Below, one piece after another: positions 47,506 through 58,395 of a stretch of DNA of 61,594 bases (positions within the stretch are counted from its first letter, which is position 1; the number at the start of each line of letters is the position of its first letter). Source of the stretch: a virus (Duplodnaviria; Caudoviricetes). The translations under genes and the position numbers were made by a program. The notes beneath the pieces are model-generated. The model saw only the letters and a program-made list of their open reading frames with translations, was not told the DNA's origin and did not search any database. The stretch lies in IMG/VR virus record IMGVR_UViG_3300023440_000006, positions 1 through 61,594 of that record. The stretch is one strand, 5' to 3'.

Positions 47506-49362
47506 TTACCAGTTAATTATGATGATACCACTGGTCAGGGTGTCATCAAGTTTGTTTGTCAGAATGACGTGGTTTATGCCACTATGTTCGATCAAAACAC
47601 CTGGATTATTTCCATTAGCTGTTGTATGGATTGGAAGAATAGCTCCTTCATTATATCCGGCTACTGCTAGTGTACTGAAGGTTACAACCTGAACCTGTGG
47701 ATACATTCCAGCTGAATGAGCAATCGTAATACTAGAATCATTCAATAGTCCAGAAATAGTCTCCTCATATCTACGGAAAGATGCGCTTGTATTAATAGCG
47801 CTAATATCTTGTTCGTTAGTACTTATTCGAACATCAAGGCCACTTACATCTAATACAAGATTATTAATATCTGAATCATTAGAGTTAATCTGTCCCTGTA
47901 AAGTACCAGAGATGAGAGTGTCTGCTGCGATTCTGGCTGCTTCTTCAGAATCAATTTGAGACTGCAATGTTCCAGATACAGTAGTTAAATAGGAATCTAG
48001 GTTTAAGATCTGACTGTTAAGTAATCCTGACTGAGTTATAAGGTCTGTTGCTACTTCTTGAAGAGCACCTTCAACAAAGGGGGATCCATAAAGAGAGCCG
48101 GAGTCTACAATGGTGACTTGTCCGGCTGGGGCAAACCCACCGACAGTAGCTACTTCAGTAAGATCTGTACTATGAGGGTTATTGGTATCATTAATGTGGC
48201 CACTAGTTAGTGCTGATAATCCAAAAGTATCATTGCTACCAAGCGCGGCTGCGCTTGCTAGTCCGCCAATAGCTGTAGTAAGGTCGTCACCCTGAGAGAA
48301 TCCAAAGACATTAGAGTAGTTTGGGGTATTGTCAGTTAGCGATGAGCGACCTGTATAGTCACGCTCAGCGTTAAGTCTAACTTCTAGGTTTTCAACATCT
48401 GTATAGTCGTAACCCCATGGATTTGTATTAGAACGTGTAGCCGAACCCTTAAGTTCAGTAAGTTTTTGTAGATCAGTAGGTACTACTGTCAGAGGATTCC
48501 AGTTTGAATTTAAAGTAAGAGCTGTGGCCCAGCCAGAAGAGGAATCTTTGAGCAATCTAATCTGTGCTCGAATTTCGTTAAGATCTTCTACAAGATTACT
48601 AGGTGTGCCAGCAAAAAGATCATTTATACCAGTACCAGTGGCAGAAGTAGGACCTACACGTTCTTGGCTTAAGGTACCACCGGTGATATCGTCAGCAGAA
48701 AAAGTGTGCTGCAGGCTAATATCATTATCCCAGTTGCCACCATGGAGTTCTAATAGAACATCCACCATAGAACGAACAGAATTAGCTAAGATTTCAGAAC
48801 CGTCAACACTGAAGGTAGCGAAAGCTGGACCATACAAATCTTTAGCCAATTGTAGAATGTTGATCTGGTTTTGCTGTGAACGTCCATCAATGGAAGTGGG
48901 TGATGACTGAAGAGATGAGTTAAAGATGTTAATGCCAATAGCAGCTTGCTGGTCTGAGGTTAGGCCACCTGCACCACCAGTATCAGAAATCTGATTTTCT
49001 AAGTTTGCTACAGCTACATCAAGAGCGTTATAAACATCAAGAAACTGCTCATAGATAGTTGTAGGCCTATTAAGGGCGTTAATAAAGAACTGGCCATTAC
49101 CAGTGTTAATATTTGCATCGCTGTTGGCGAATATGGTCCGTCCATCAAGACCATTTTTAAAGGCATCAACAGTTTCGTCTAGAGTACCATCAGGTAGGCG
49201 AGATCCGAGAGGGACAATGAAGTTGTTCCATTGCTCTTGGATCCGAGTTACGTCTCTAATCACCTCGGCCTGAAAATCGTTCTGCTGAGCAGAACTGGTT
49301 GGTCCTCTAAATCTTTGATTTCTAAGGACAGTAGAGATGAGAATATTGGATGGACGTGTCAT
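47506..49362 (-). CDS. putative tail-fibre or virion protein
   Basis: G/S/T/N-rich; H...T.NPH motif; coiled coil QIDSEEAARIAAD. Confidence 0.65.
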   Translation of the reverse strand: MTRPSNILISTVLRNQRFRGPTSSAQQNDFQAEVIRDVTRIQEQWNNFIVPLGSRLPDGTLDETVDAFKNGLDGRTIFANSDANINTGNGQFFINALNRPTTIYEQFLDVYNALDVAVANLENQISDTGGAGGLTSDQQAAIGINIFNSSLQSSPTSIDGRSQQNQINILQLAKDLYGPAFATFSVDGSEILANSVRSMVDVLLELHGGNWDNDISLQHTFSADDITGGTLSQERVGPTSATGTGINDLFAGTPSNLVEDLNEIRAQIRLLKDSSSGWATALTLNSNWNPLTVVPTDLQKLTELKGSATRSNTNPWGYDYTDVENLEVRLNAERDYTGRSSLTDNTPNYSNVFGFSQGDDLTTAIGGLASAAALGSNDTFGLSALTSGHINDTNNPHSTDLTEVATVGGFAPAGQVTIVDSGSLYGSPFVEGALQEVATDLITQSGLLNSQILNLDSYLTTVSGTLQSQIDSEEAARIAADTLISGTLQGQINSNDSDINNLVLDVSGLDVRISTNEQDISAINTSASFRRYEETISGLLNDSSITIAHSAGMYPQVQVVTFSTLAVAGYNEGAILPIHTTANGNNPGVLIEHSGINHVILTNKLDDTLTSGIIIINW

Positions 49363-49376
49363 CTACTTATTGCCTC

Positions 49377-51674
49377 CTATACGGCCAATTTGATCCTATA
49401 TTCATCAAATACAGGGCTGATTTCACCATTACTAGTTCTTAACTCAGCTTTTAGGGCTGCAAAACTAAATAGCTCATCAGTTAAGTTGAATTCTAACACG
49501 AACTGCTCGTTCATGAAGTCAGCTATATCATTTCTTGTATTTACAACAAAGACATAAGAGAGCGGAGCATTAGCTGAGCTAGCAATAATCCTAGATGTAC
49601 CTGGAGCATCAGTATCTACCGCAAATTTATTGAAATCATTATTGGCTATATTATTGACAATATCGAATACACCAACTCGAGTCGCGATAATTCCAGCAAA
49701 TCGATCTACACCTACATAGACTTGCTCCGCATCATCAGGATATAAGGAGCCGTACTGATAGCCCTCAATAAGCATTTTTTGATTATAGGGATATAGAATA
49801 TCTACACTTTTTAACTCTTGCAGAGTATTCAGACCTGGAGGAAGTGCTCTCCAGTAGTCTTTATGAACTCGAACTGTATGAACTCCCTGAGATAAGACAT
49901 CTGGGCCGATGGTGCCTGTATAAGAAACTTGGTCGATACTAATTGGATATTCTCCAACATCAATACTCATGCCCTGAGATGCCTCAATCTTGATATTGGT
50001 ACTATAGTAGGGTTCTTTATATTCCCATCCAATTTGTATACCGCGGACAAGTTTAGTTGCATCATTGAGAGCAATACCCTTCTCACCTACGTTTCTCCAT
50101 AAGGTTGCATTATCAATATCTATATTGGTAGATTTATCTATCTGAACATCTAAGATTTTATGTCCTGCTTTAGCAAGGAAATATCTTTTATCATTCTGAT
50201 TAAATGGAACTGGGTTTTTATTTTCACAAGGAGTCTCAATGATTGCGCCAGTGCTATCTTGTTGTAGTAATGTGTAGTTACGGGCTGGAGATTCAAAGTT
50301 ACTGCCACCAGTAGCATCATATGAGATACCAATACCAGTCTTTTCCAGAACAGAAATAGTAGCAAAATTAAGTACTTGTGGGTGTACGACCTCATTTCTG
50401 TTCAGAGGGGTAATGGGGGTCCACAAGCGGGTATCTTTGTTGTCGACAATATGTCCTGGTTCAGTCACAAACCCATTGCTTGTAAGCCACTGAGGAGTGC
50501 CGTTATCATTACGAGCTACTGCTATGAGGTAATCAATAAAAGTATTACTGCTGGTTACTTCACAAACTTCAAGCGTTAGCTTGTTGAAGAGGGTTAATGT
50601 ATTGTCTGGTTTTGTGATAGATAACGGCTTGCTAACAACGACCCCCTTAAAGGAAGGGTTATTATTAAAGGCCTCTTTATAAAGCCCAATTTCTCGAGCT
50701 CCAAATTCATATCCAAAAAGATTATCAGAAGTAATGAAATCATGACCATTTTTTTCGATGATCAATTTTAGCTTTAGAGCTTCTATCTCTGGAAATGTAA
50801 ATTCCATCTTATCCAAAGACTCTAAAACAGTATTAACTGATGGAACTCTATTAAAATTAACTCCATCAACTGAATACAGTAGAGTAATTTTGGTACTAGA
50901 ATTTTGTTCTGAAGTGTGGAGTAAAATTTGAATTTTAGAAATAGCTTTAGGCTGAACAAAAGATAAGGTCAGATCAGCGATTAGCGGAGCTACTCGACTA
51001 CTGGTTAATACATGTGTTTTCCAATAACGATTCTCATCTCTAAAGGCAAATCGTGGTTCGGTATTATCTACATTGCTTACACTTACAACATTATTTTGAT
51101 CTAAGATATTAAAGCTAGCCTGGTTACTGGTTAAATCATTAAGGAATAGTCTATCTACGAAGGCGTTAATGCCTGTAGATTTAGCCATAGTTATCAAGTT
51201 TTGCTTTAGGTTGATACTGATATTTTTAGATAGATCTTGATCAATTAGTTTGGTGTCAGTAAAAGTATCACCGACAATATCGAAGAAGCCTTCTGTATCT
51301 GCAGCAAGGGCGAGTAGACGTGCAATACGACCTTCAAGATCTGAAATTCTATTTTCAAGACGGTCAGCTTTAGATTCCCATCTATCAAAAAGCTTTACAG
51401 CTTTATCCGTGCTTACAAATAAGGCTCGGAAGACTGTGTCTAGATCTTCTTTAATGGTGTTGGTTGTATTATTAAATTTAGTAGCGCTTGATTCTTCATT
51501 CCTAGTGACAGCATAAGTATTAAAGTCAAAACGAGGCAGATTCAGATCATTCGTATTTATGAACGTGTTGAACTGGGCAGAAATCTCTTCAATTGTAGGT
51601 ACTTGACCAGTTTCAAGATACGAACGAATGATCTTTTCTAGGACCTCATCTGCTCTAATCTCAGCAATTGTCAT
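49377..51674 (-). CDS. putative baseplate or virion protein, paralog 3
   Basis: N-terminal coiled coil, discoidin-like beta domain, C-terminal SPVFDEY. Confidence 0.65.
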   Translation of the reverse strand: MTIAEIRADEVLEKIIRSYLETGQVPTIEEISAQFNTFINTNDLNLPRFDFNTYAVTRNEESSATKFNNTTNTIKEDLDTVFRALFVSTDKAVKLFDRWESKADRLENRISDLEGRIARLLALAADTEGFFDIVGDTFTDTKLIDQDLSKNISINLKQNLITMAKSTGINAFVDRLFLNDLTSNQASFNILDQNNVVSVSNVDNTEPRFAFRDENRYWKTHVLTSSRVAPLIADLTLSFVQPKAISKIQILLHTSEQNSSTKITLLYSVDGVNFNRVPSVNTVLESLDKMEFTFPEIEALKLKLIIEKNGHDFITSDNLFGYEFGAREIGLYKEAFNNNPSFKGVVVSKPLSITKPDNTLTLFNKLTLEVCEVTSSNTFIDYLIAVARNDNGTPQWLTSNGFVTEPGHIVDNKDTRLWTPITPLNRNEVVHPQVLNFATISVLEKTGIGISYDATGGSNFESPARNYTLLQQDSTGAIIETPCENKNPVPFNQNDKRYFLAKAGHKILDVQIDKSTNIDIDNATLWRNVGEKGIALNDATKLVRGIQIGWEYKEPYYSTNIKIEASQGMSIDVGEYPISIDQVSYTGTIGPDVLSQGVHTVRVHKDYWRALPPGLNTLQELKSVDILYPYNQKMLIEGYQYGSLYPDDAEQVYVGVDRFAGIIATRVGVFDIVNNIANNDFNKFAVDTDAPGTSRIIASSANAPLSYVFVVNTRNDIADFMNEQFVLEFNLTDELFSFAALKAELRTSNGEISPVFDEYRIKLAV

Positions 51675-51675
51675 C

Positions 51676-54600
51676 TTATAGGAACCCCTTTGTTATTACC
51701 TGTAGTGCGTAGTCCTTAAGTACTGGACTAAAATATGGTGCCAGGTCTGCGATATCTTGTCTAACGCTACCAATATACTTATAGTTAATTTGATATACAG
51801 TTAGGCGATGTATATCGCCACCTTGCGCACTTGGTGTTCTAGCTTTGCGCAGGACCTCATTTGGAAGAATACTAATCGTAGCCTTCTGGGTTAATGAGCT
51901 ACCTTCAATTTGGAAGGTACCTGCAGTAGCATCTAATTCCCAATCTTCCTCTGGTACTAGTCTAGCTAAATTATAGCGGATAATATAATCTGCATATTCA
52001 AAATCAATTATATAGTCAGCTGATGGAATACTTCGCTGACAAAATATATTACCTCTAACATAGTCTATGGAGTAGGCACCATCTGGAACAGAGGTAGGAT
52101 CATCACTCCAGTAGATTACTTTTCCAGGGGCACTCACTGATGCTCCACCTGTATATACAGTAATAGTATTACTACTGCGATCGACATAGTATTCACCTGT
52201 TGCGTTTACTGCACCAAGACTACTTACTTCAGTAGCAAATAAAACAGTATTATCGAAGGCAATAGCAAAGTTTGTATCTAGAGTAATTGGAGCGTTCGTT
52301 ACAAAAGAGGCTACAGTTGCTGGACCAACAGGGGTTAAGGATGGGATTTCCTGTTCTCTTTTAACCACCTGATGAAGCTCTGTTCTTCCGTCAAGAAATG
52401 GAACCTCTTCAACAAATGGATCAAGTTCTGGACTGATACCATCAGGAGCATTTATATTGACTGTTCCTTCTACTACAGATAGCTTTGAGAGAGTAATTGT
52501 ATTTATTCCAGAAGCGACTGTGTATCCAACAACTGAATTGGTAACCCAAGCATCATCTTTGATGGTAATGCTTTGATGAAGAGGCTTATCGTCGCCCCAG
52601 TCCCATTGTTCAGTCGTTAAAATTTCTTCTGATTGGTACTTATAGGAGATTGTGATCGTTTCGTCGATGCCTACTCTATTGTACGAATAAATGATTCCTC
52701 TATCTGTATCTATGGACCAGTCACCAGCTGTAGTCAATTCACCTTCAGGCGATCTAAGGCCATTCTGAAATTCTACGCGGTTAGTGAAAATGCTTTGCCC
52801 TGAAGGAGAAAACATAATGTTGTCGATGTCTACAATATTGCGATGATCTAATCTATGAATTTGTGCATCTCTTCTAGCCTCTACGATAGATGTGAGAACT
52901 AGACCACGTCGAGCAATTTCAACTGTATTTTTATCAATAGAAGTAGGGAACTGAATAGAAGTTGTATGGTCATTTTTAGTGACTGGATATAGGCGTTCTT
53001 CTGTAAAAGCGATTTCAATATTCGCGTTTACTTCAGGAGATTTACCGTTGATACCATCGCCAAAGATAAGGCGATTATCAGCAGTGAGCATGTAGTGTTC
53101 ATCGTCAGGTTGTGAACCTCCAGGTCCAGCGAGGTTGATAAAATTGCTTACTCGAGTCCATTCTTTTCCATCAACAAAAACAGATTGGATAAAGTTTTCA
53201 TCTACTTCATAAAGATTACCTGCGACCTGTCTTTTGGATAGGTCTGTACGCAGGTTGTCAAATGGTAGTTGAAATGCTCGAGCAGTACCTGTACCCTTTC
53301 CAACTGAATATCTTACTCCTGGCTTATCTCTACTACCAAATCCTGGGTCAATAACACTTATACTACCTGCCAGTGGTTTTTTATCTAGCTCTACAAACCA
53401 TGGCTGTTGTTGTGGTACTGTTTTGAGTTCTGTCTTTTCTAAAACTTGCTCTACAAAAGAAGTACTTGAATCTGAAAAACCATCATCATTACGAGATAAT
53501 AGTGCCTTGTAGCGAATACTGAAAACTGGGTTTTCAGTATTAATACTGTTTATGTCTTCAGTATTTATATTCACAATTTCAGGTACGATAGTATCCGTAT
53601 TTATGAAGCCACTGTCTTTAATGGGAGATATATCGTTCCACGTGTTTCCATCATCAAAGGAGACCTGGTGTGTTATAGTCGCCAGTTCAGATGCCTGTAT
53701 TGGTGTCTGATTAGTTTGGAGGGCAACCTTTTTAATCTCATCTGTAGTTAGAAATGGTGCAGAGACAGCCTCGCCCGCTGCTTCATAAGCAATGCGTTGA
53801 GCCTCAAAATCTCTAATACCAATAGCATATCTAAATTGTTGTCCCTGTACCGTGTTAATAAAATATGGAGTAGTCTGACGCAGTACTACTCTTATATATT
53901 TCGCATAGCGAGGGGTAAATGTGTAGAGTCCTTGACCTGCAAATTTAGATGTAGAAGGAGCTAATTTAAAAACGTTTTCTTCATCTTCTACAAGAAAACC
54001 TGTAATAGGGATATCATCCTTAATGGAGACATAGAGCTGGCCATCATTGGATGTGCTAATATCTACAATCTCTACCTCAGTTCTACTTCCAAAATTATTT
54101 GGATTAATACGAATAAAATTAAGGATCTGAGAATCACCTAGATTAACTGTAAAGTCCAGAACGAGAGGGACCCCATCGTCCTCCTGGATCACACGCTCAT
54201 ATTCAAACCAGGTATCTGGATTATTATCAAACATTGCTGAGGGATTGTTATTAAGAGCCCCTGCCCTGATCTCTTCGTTATTACCCTCTCTTCCATTAGA
54301 GTTAGAATTAATAAGTGGTGATTCTGTAATCTGTAGAATCTGTGTACCTGCTCGATCGACTGGAAGAGTGAGAATGCCCTCAACCTGATTAACTTCACAC
54401 TCAGTAGCATTTAACAGGTTGCTACCAGGCGATAGTTTAGATAAATCTGAGAAAGTGTCAGAAAAGAAGATAGAGTTTTTGAGAGGCAGGCGGCTAAACA
54501 GAGCAAAGTCTGTTACACGCGAACCTAGTCTCTTAATACGTGAACTTAGTCTATTTGAGTGAGCTGCGAATAGGTTAAAGTTCTCAATGACCACACCCTC

Positions 54601-54891
54601 TACATTCTCTAATTCTAGAAAAAGTATTTCTAGATCATCCTTAATCTGCTGGAGATTGTTATTATAATTCTCAGCTAATGGACTGGTACCTGTCCTAACT
54701 TCAACAGGTAGGAAGTTAGACTGATCAACAGTTCTATAAAAAGCAGCTAGAAGCTTAACAGCTTCTAGTGTGTAAGCTTCTTTAGTCTGAAGATCTTTAG
54801 TTCCTCTAGCTCGCTGAATATTCTCAAGAATCTTAGACAGTTTATTCTTAAAGAGAGTGCTTTTTTGTGGAATGAGATGTTTATTTGCCAT
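51676..54891 (-). CDS. putative baseplate or virion protein, paralog 2
   Basis: Same layout; contains LIFGDGING.SP, a motif typical of baseplate wedge proteins; C-terminal SPVLKDY. Confidence 0.7.
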   Translation of the reverse strand: MANKHLIPQKSTLFKNKLSKILENIQRARGTKDLQTKEAYTLEAVKLLAAFYRTVDQSNFLPVEVRTGTSPLAENYNNNLQQIKDDLEILFLELENVEGVVIENFNLFAAHSNRLSSRIKRLGSRVTDFALFSRLPLKNSIFFSDTFSDLSKLSPGSNLLNATECEVNQVEGILTLPVDRAGTQILQITESPLINSNSNGREGNNEEIRAGALNNNPSAMFDNNPDTWFEYERVIQEDDGVPLVLDFTVNLGDSQILNFIRINPNNFGSRTEVEIVDISTSNDGQLYVSIKDDIPITGFLVEDEENVFKLAPSTSKFAGQGLYTFTPRYAKYIRVVLRQTTPYFINTVQGQQFRYAIGIRDFEAQRIAYEAAGEAVSAPFLTTDEIKKVALQTNQTPIQASELATITHQVSFDDGNTWNDISPIKDSGFINTDTIVPEIVNINTEDINSINTENPVFSIRYKALLSRNDDGFSDSSTSFVEQVLEKTELKTVPQQQPWFVELDKKPLAGSISVIDPGFGSRDKPGVRYSVGKGTGTARAFQLPFDNLRTDLSKRQVAGNLYEVDENFIQSVFVDGKEWTRVSNFINLAGPGGSQPDDEHYMLTADNRLIFGDGINGKSPEVNANIEIAFTEERLYPVTKNDHTTSIQFPTSIDKNTVEIARRGLVLTSIVEARRDAQIHRLDHRNIVDIDNIMFSPSGQSIFTNRVEFQNGLRSPEGELTTAGDWSIDTDRGIIYSYNRVGIDETITISYKYQSEEILTTEQWDWGDDKPLHQSITIKDDAWVTNSVVGYTVASGINTITLSKLSVVEGTVNINAPDGISPELDPFVEEVPFLDGRTELHQVVKREQEIPSLTPVGPATVASFVTNAPITLDTNFAIAFDNTVLFATEVSSLGAVNATGEYYVDRSSNTITVYTGGASVSAPGKVIYWSDDPTSVPDGAYSIDYVRGNIFCQRSIPSADYIIDFEYADYIIRYNLARLVPEEDWELDATAGTFQIEGSSLTQKATISILPNEVLRKARTPSAQGGDIHRLTVYQINYKYIGSVRQDIADLAPYFSPVLKDYALQVITKGFL

Positions 54892-54894
54892 TGG

Positions 54895-56979
54895 TTAACC
54901 ACCAAACTTAGAGGGATCACGGCTGCCAGTTGCGATCAGATAATCCTCGAGAATCGGAGTTAAATTCACATTGGCTGAGTTCCTTCTCAATACAACAACC
55001 AGGTTAATAGTAGAATAGGCAATAGATGTCCCAGATTGATTCTCTTTAAAGTATACGATGTTGTCTTTACCCAGCCAAGCTTTCAAGCCTCCAGTAAGAT
55101 CAACAATCTGCAGGCCTTGCTCTTGTATATAAGCAGAAAGATTAGATGTAGTTGGAATTACGTTTGTAGTACTAGCTGCTGGAGTATATGACACAGTATA
55201 AATATTATTAGGATTTGGATTTTGAATCTGGATAGCAAAGCTCATTTTAGCTGGCTGACCAGGAACATCTTGACTTAAATTATAATTTTTAAACCAGCCA
55301 TCAGTTTCAAGTGCAGAATTCGGACCAATATTTGAATCGCTAACAGGAAGTAATTGTCCATTCCGAAAAACACGCAATGTCCCTGTAGGGTTATCTACAG
55401 GATGGTATCCATCATACAGTGTAAAGAACTGTAAGAACCCAATATTTGGAGTCGCACCTACAGCAGTACTTCTAGCTGTGAGCTGTAATCTCTCATGGCG
55501 TATGCGCTGAACACCTAATGGTGGGATACTAAAAACTACTGCATCTTGAAGAGCACCTGAAGAACTAAAGTCTCGCTTTACCATGTAGTATTCAAGTGAT
55601 CCATGAAAATAATCATCAAAACCTGCTGGATATGTATCCTTTGTATATTCGATAGAATTAGAATCAATTGCACCAATGGGGCGTTTTTCGTTTACACGAA
55701 TTGCTGTCTGTCCTAAACCATTTACTAGCTCAGTCTTGCTTACAAAGATAGATACATCAGAAAACTGTCCTAGTCCAAGTCTGATATTATCAAAGCCAAT
55801 AAGATATTCGTAGTAACTTTTCTTTTCACCTGGAAAATCAGGCACGTTAAGAGCAGCTGTTAGTAGTGGGCTAGAGACTAATTCAGCTAACTCCTCTGAT
55901 ACATTTTGAATAGTATTATCTACATTTGTAAGATCTCGAGTTAGTTCAGGGATCGGAGATCCAGCTTTTGTAGTGAACTGAACCTGACTATAATTACGAT
56001 TCCTAATCTTTAAGATGATTTTCTTGGCAGAAGCAGTGTTGAAAAAGAACCTATTATTTGAATTGGCTTCTACTGGCTGTGTAAGGATTGGGATAGATTG
56101 ATTATTTGGGTCAATAATCGTAATTCCTATGATTTCAATAGGATATAAAGTTAGTGGTTCAATTTGAATAAAGTTAACAGACTTTACACCACCAAGATCA
56201 ATCTCAAGCTTAGTAATTACACCAGTCTCGTTTCTTGGCTGAGAAAGCATCACGCTTTGTACCCAGAAGGTGCCAGCTGTGTTGTCGATAATATTATTAA
56301 TATTGGAGTCTTCAAATTCTACATTCAGCTCGGACCCAATCGCCTCAAAATCAAAAACTTGACGGACAGACGCAGCTAATAGCTCATTATCAATACTTGT
56401 AGTAAGAAGTAGTTTTTCACCGATGGTATCTACATTGGCTCGAAATGCTGGGGTTGAACTAGATACACCTGTTTTAGGATCAAGAAAAACTACTATCTGG
56501 TCATTCGCAGTACGATTATTTTGTGTACCTCTGAATGTATTAAAGATAGTGTTATCGAAGCCATCTCTGTTTTTATTGAGAAATTCAAATGATTCAATCT
56601 TAGACTCAAGATCATTCACAGCAAGTTCGAGGTTTGTTAAAACTACATTATTGATGATATTCTCATGAGCTGCTAACACCTCATCGATATCGTTCATTTC
56701 TTGGTAAGCTGCACGAAGATCGTCTTGGATACGCTCCATCATAAAGTTGAAGCTTTCAGAGTCGATAAGCTCAGTGAACTCAGCAAGGAATAACTTAAGT
56801 GTAGGCTGAATAGTTTCAGCCTGTAGCTCAGCAGTTAGCTCCTCGAGCCGAGTACGAAACTCTTCTACAGTTGTGATATTGCCTTTGTCTTTTTCCTGAG
56901 ACAGAAGTGAAAGGATCTGCTGGCTCTGAACCTCTCTAAGCCCGCTTCTGAATTGGTCAAGATAACTTGATAATGCCAA
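54895..56979 (-). CDS. putative baseplate or virion protein, paralog 1
   Basis: Same layout; NIIDN...TFW; C-terminal TPILEDY. Confidence 0.65.
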   Translation of the reverse strand: MALSSYLDQFRSGLREVQSQQILSLLSQEKDKGNITTVEEFRTRLEELTAELQAETIQPTLKLFLAEFTELIDSESFNFMMERIQDDLRAAYQEMNDIDEVLAAHENIINNVVLTNLELAVNDLESKIESFEFLNKNRDGFDNTIFNTFRGTQNNRTANDQIVVFLDPKTGVSSSTPAFRANVDTIGEKLLLTTSIDNELLAASVRQVFDFEAIGSELNVEFEDSNINNIIDNTAGTFWVQSVMLSQPRNETGVITKLEIDLGGVKSVNFIQIEPLTLYPIEIIGITIIDPNNQSIPILTQPVEANSNNRFFFNTASAKKIILKIRNRNYSQVQFTTKAGSPIPELTRDLTNVDNTIQNVSEELAELVSSPLLTAALNVPDFPGEKKSYYEYLIGFDNIRLGLGQFSDVSIFVSKTELVNGLGQTAIRVNEKRPIGAIDSNSIEYTKDTYPAGFDDYFHGSLEYYMVKRDFSSSGALQDAVVFSIPPLGVQRIRHERLQLTARSTAVGATPNIGFLQFFTLYDGYHPVDNPTGTLRVFRNGQLLPVSDSNIGPNSALETDGWFKNYNLSQDVPGQPAKMSFAIQIQNPNPNNIYTVSYTPAASTTNVIPTTSNLSAYIQEQGLQIVDLTGGLKAWLGKDNIVYFKENQSGTSIAYSTINLVVVLRRNSANVNLTPILEDYLIATGSRDPSKFGG

Positions 56980-57465
56980 CTAGATCTTCTCCTTAGACAG
57001 GAACCACTTCTTGGTTAGGCCGTCTACCTCAACCTCAGCGACTAGCCACTGTCCGATTTCTTCTTCCTTAAACATGAGGATATCTTCTATATTGTCTAGA
57101 TTTTCTATTGGATTAGAAGCTCTTACCTCAAGAAGCATATGATGTTTTGTAGGTTTTCGCACTACGAGAAACCTGTCTTTAGGAAGTATCTTTTTTTGGA
57201 TCCTACGTGTATCCCATTGAGGACGAACAGTTTGTTCTAGCTTCATAATCACAGTAAGTGTATCAGACTGGTGGTATTCACCTGCCCCCTGGATTTCTAT
57301 TGTAACCCCATCATGTAATAGACGACAACCCACCATCGAATGCAACTGGCTATGTGACCAACTGCACCTTTTGGAGGGTATGTCTCTATCTAGACCCTGT
57401 AATTTGCCACCATCGGCAAAGAACTTAATCCAGCCGTTATCCCTAGAGCGGGCAAAGCGTGGCAT
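56980..57465 (-). CDS. hypothetical protein
   Basis: AAGGAG SD; packed. Confidence 0.65.
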   Translation of the reverse strand: MPRFARSRDNGWIKFFADGGKLQGLDRDIPSKRCSWSHSQLHSMVGCRLLHDGVTIEIQGAGEYHQSDTLTVIMKLEQTVRPQWDTRRIQKKILPKDRFLVVRKPTKHHMLLEVRASNPIENLDNIEDILMFKEEEIGQWLVAEVEVDGLTKKWFLSKEKI

Positions 57466-57474
57466 ATTAGCTCC

Positions 57475-58029
57475 TTAACTAGTGAAAGTATATTTCAATA
57501 CTTGATCGATCTGACGAACACCCGCAGTATTCTCATCAGTGGGGATCTGGAACCTAGCAAGGAACCTGGCCTCTACACCTGATGGAATTTCTCCATCTAC
57601 TGTCATGCCAGTAGCCATTTCTGAGTCTAGTGTAACAGCATTACTTGAAGAATCGGCTACTCCGGTGTTCATTGTAAATGCAACACCAGTCTGCTTAACA
57701 GACTCAGACAGATTCCATGTTGTAGCATTATAGCCACTATTATTCGTTGGATCCATGTTAATTTGCACGCCTCCATGACCAGGAACAGTGCTATTATCAC
57801 CCCAACCCTTAATTTCTGTAAAGTCTGCAACTGCAGAGAATGAACCACTGTATCCAGTAGCTTTTTGTTGAAAATAAAAGGCCGCATTCGTGATGGGATT
57901 TACACCATCATGATTGATATACACATTCTGATTTGGAGAAGTATATTCTCCGTTTGCAGCGTTACCGTGGTCCACGAGGGTTACCCCAGGACCTGCTGAA
58001 ATGAGCGACCAAGTAATAGAAACTGGCAT
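57475..58029 (-). CDS. putative virion protein (beta-sandwich-like)
   Basis: GAGGTG SD; G/T/S/N-rich. Confidence 0.65.
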   Translation of the reverse strand: MPVSITWSLISAGPGVTLVDHGNAANGEYTSPNQNVYINHDGVNPITNAAFYFQQKATGYSGSFSAVADFTEIKGWGDNSTVPGHGGVQINMDPTNNSGYNATTWNLSESVKQTGVAFTMNTGVADSSSNAVTLDSEMATGMTVDGEIPSGVEARFLARFQIPTDENTAGVRQIDQVLKYTFTS

Positions 58030-58221
58030 AATTAAGTCACCTCAAAGGTAGTTTAGCCTACTAGGGGATTAAGGTCCAACCAAAGTATTCTAGAACAGTT
58101 TGTATTTCTGTAGCTTGAGAATAAATCTACTTATAGTGCATCTCTCACTATTTTTACTATTGCAGTCAACTCGACCCCTGTATTAAGAGCGTCTACAAAA
58201 ACACCAGACATCTCACCAGTG

Positions 58222-58383
58222 TTAAACATTTACTTCAGTCTGGTGTCCTAGTTCTGACTCAGCATTTTGAGATATAGGAACATAGTTTACCTGATGAGTA
58301 AGCGGATCTGAAAAAGATCTAGGTGCAGGTGGTCCTTTGACAAGGATAATTTTTCTAGAGTTACTTAAATCAAATTCTGTCAT
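58222..58383 (-). CDS. small protein (53 aa) with two LxHQ motifs, not in the ORF track
   Basis: MTEFDLS...PLTHQVNY...LGHQTEVNV; GAGGTG SD. Confidence 0.7.
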   Translation of the reverse strand: MTEFDLSNSRKIILVKGPPAPRSFSDPLTHQVNYVPISQNAESELGHQTEVNV

Positions 58384-58395
58384 AATAGTCACCTC

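Noticed and set aside
58030-58229. Possible short or frameshifted ORF on the - strand
   Set aside because: Only 32 codons are open and no motif is recognisable; cannot be supported.
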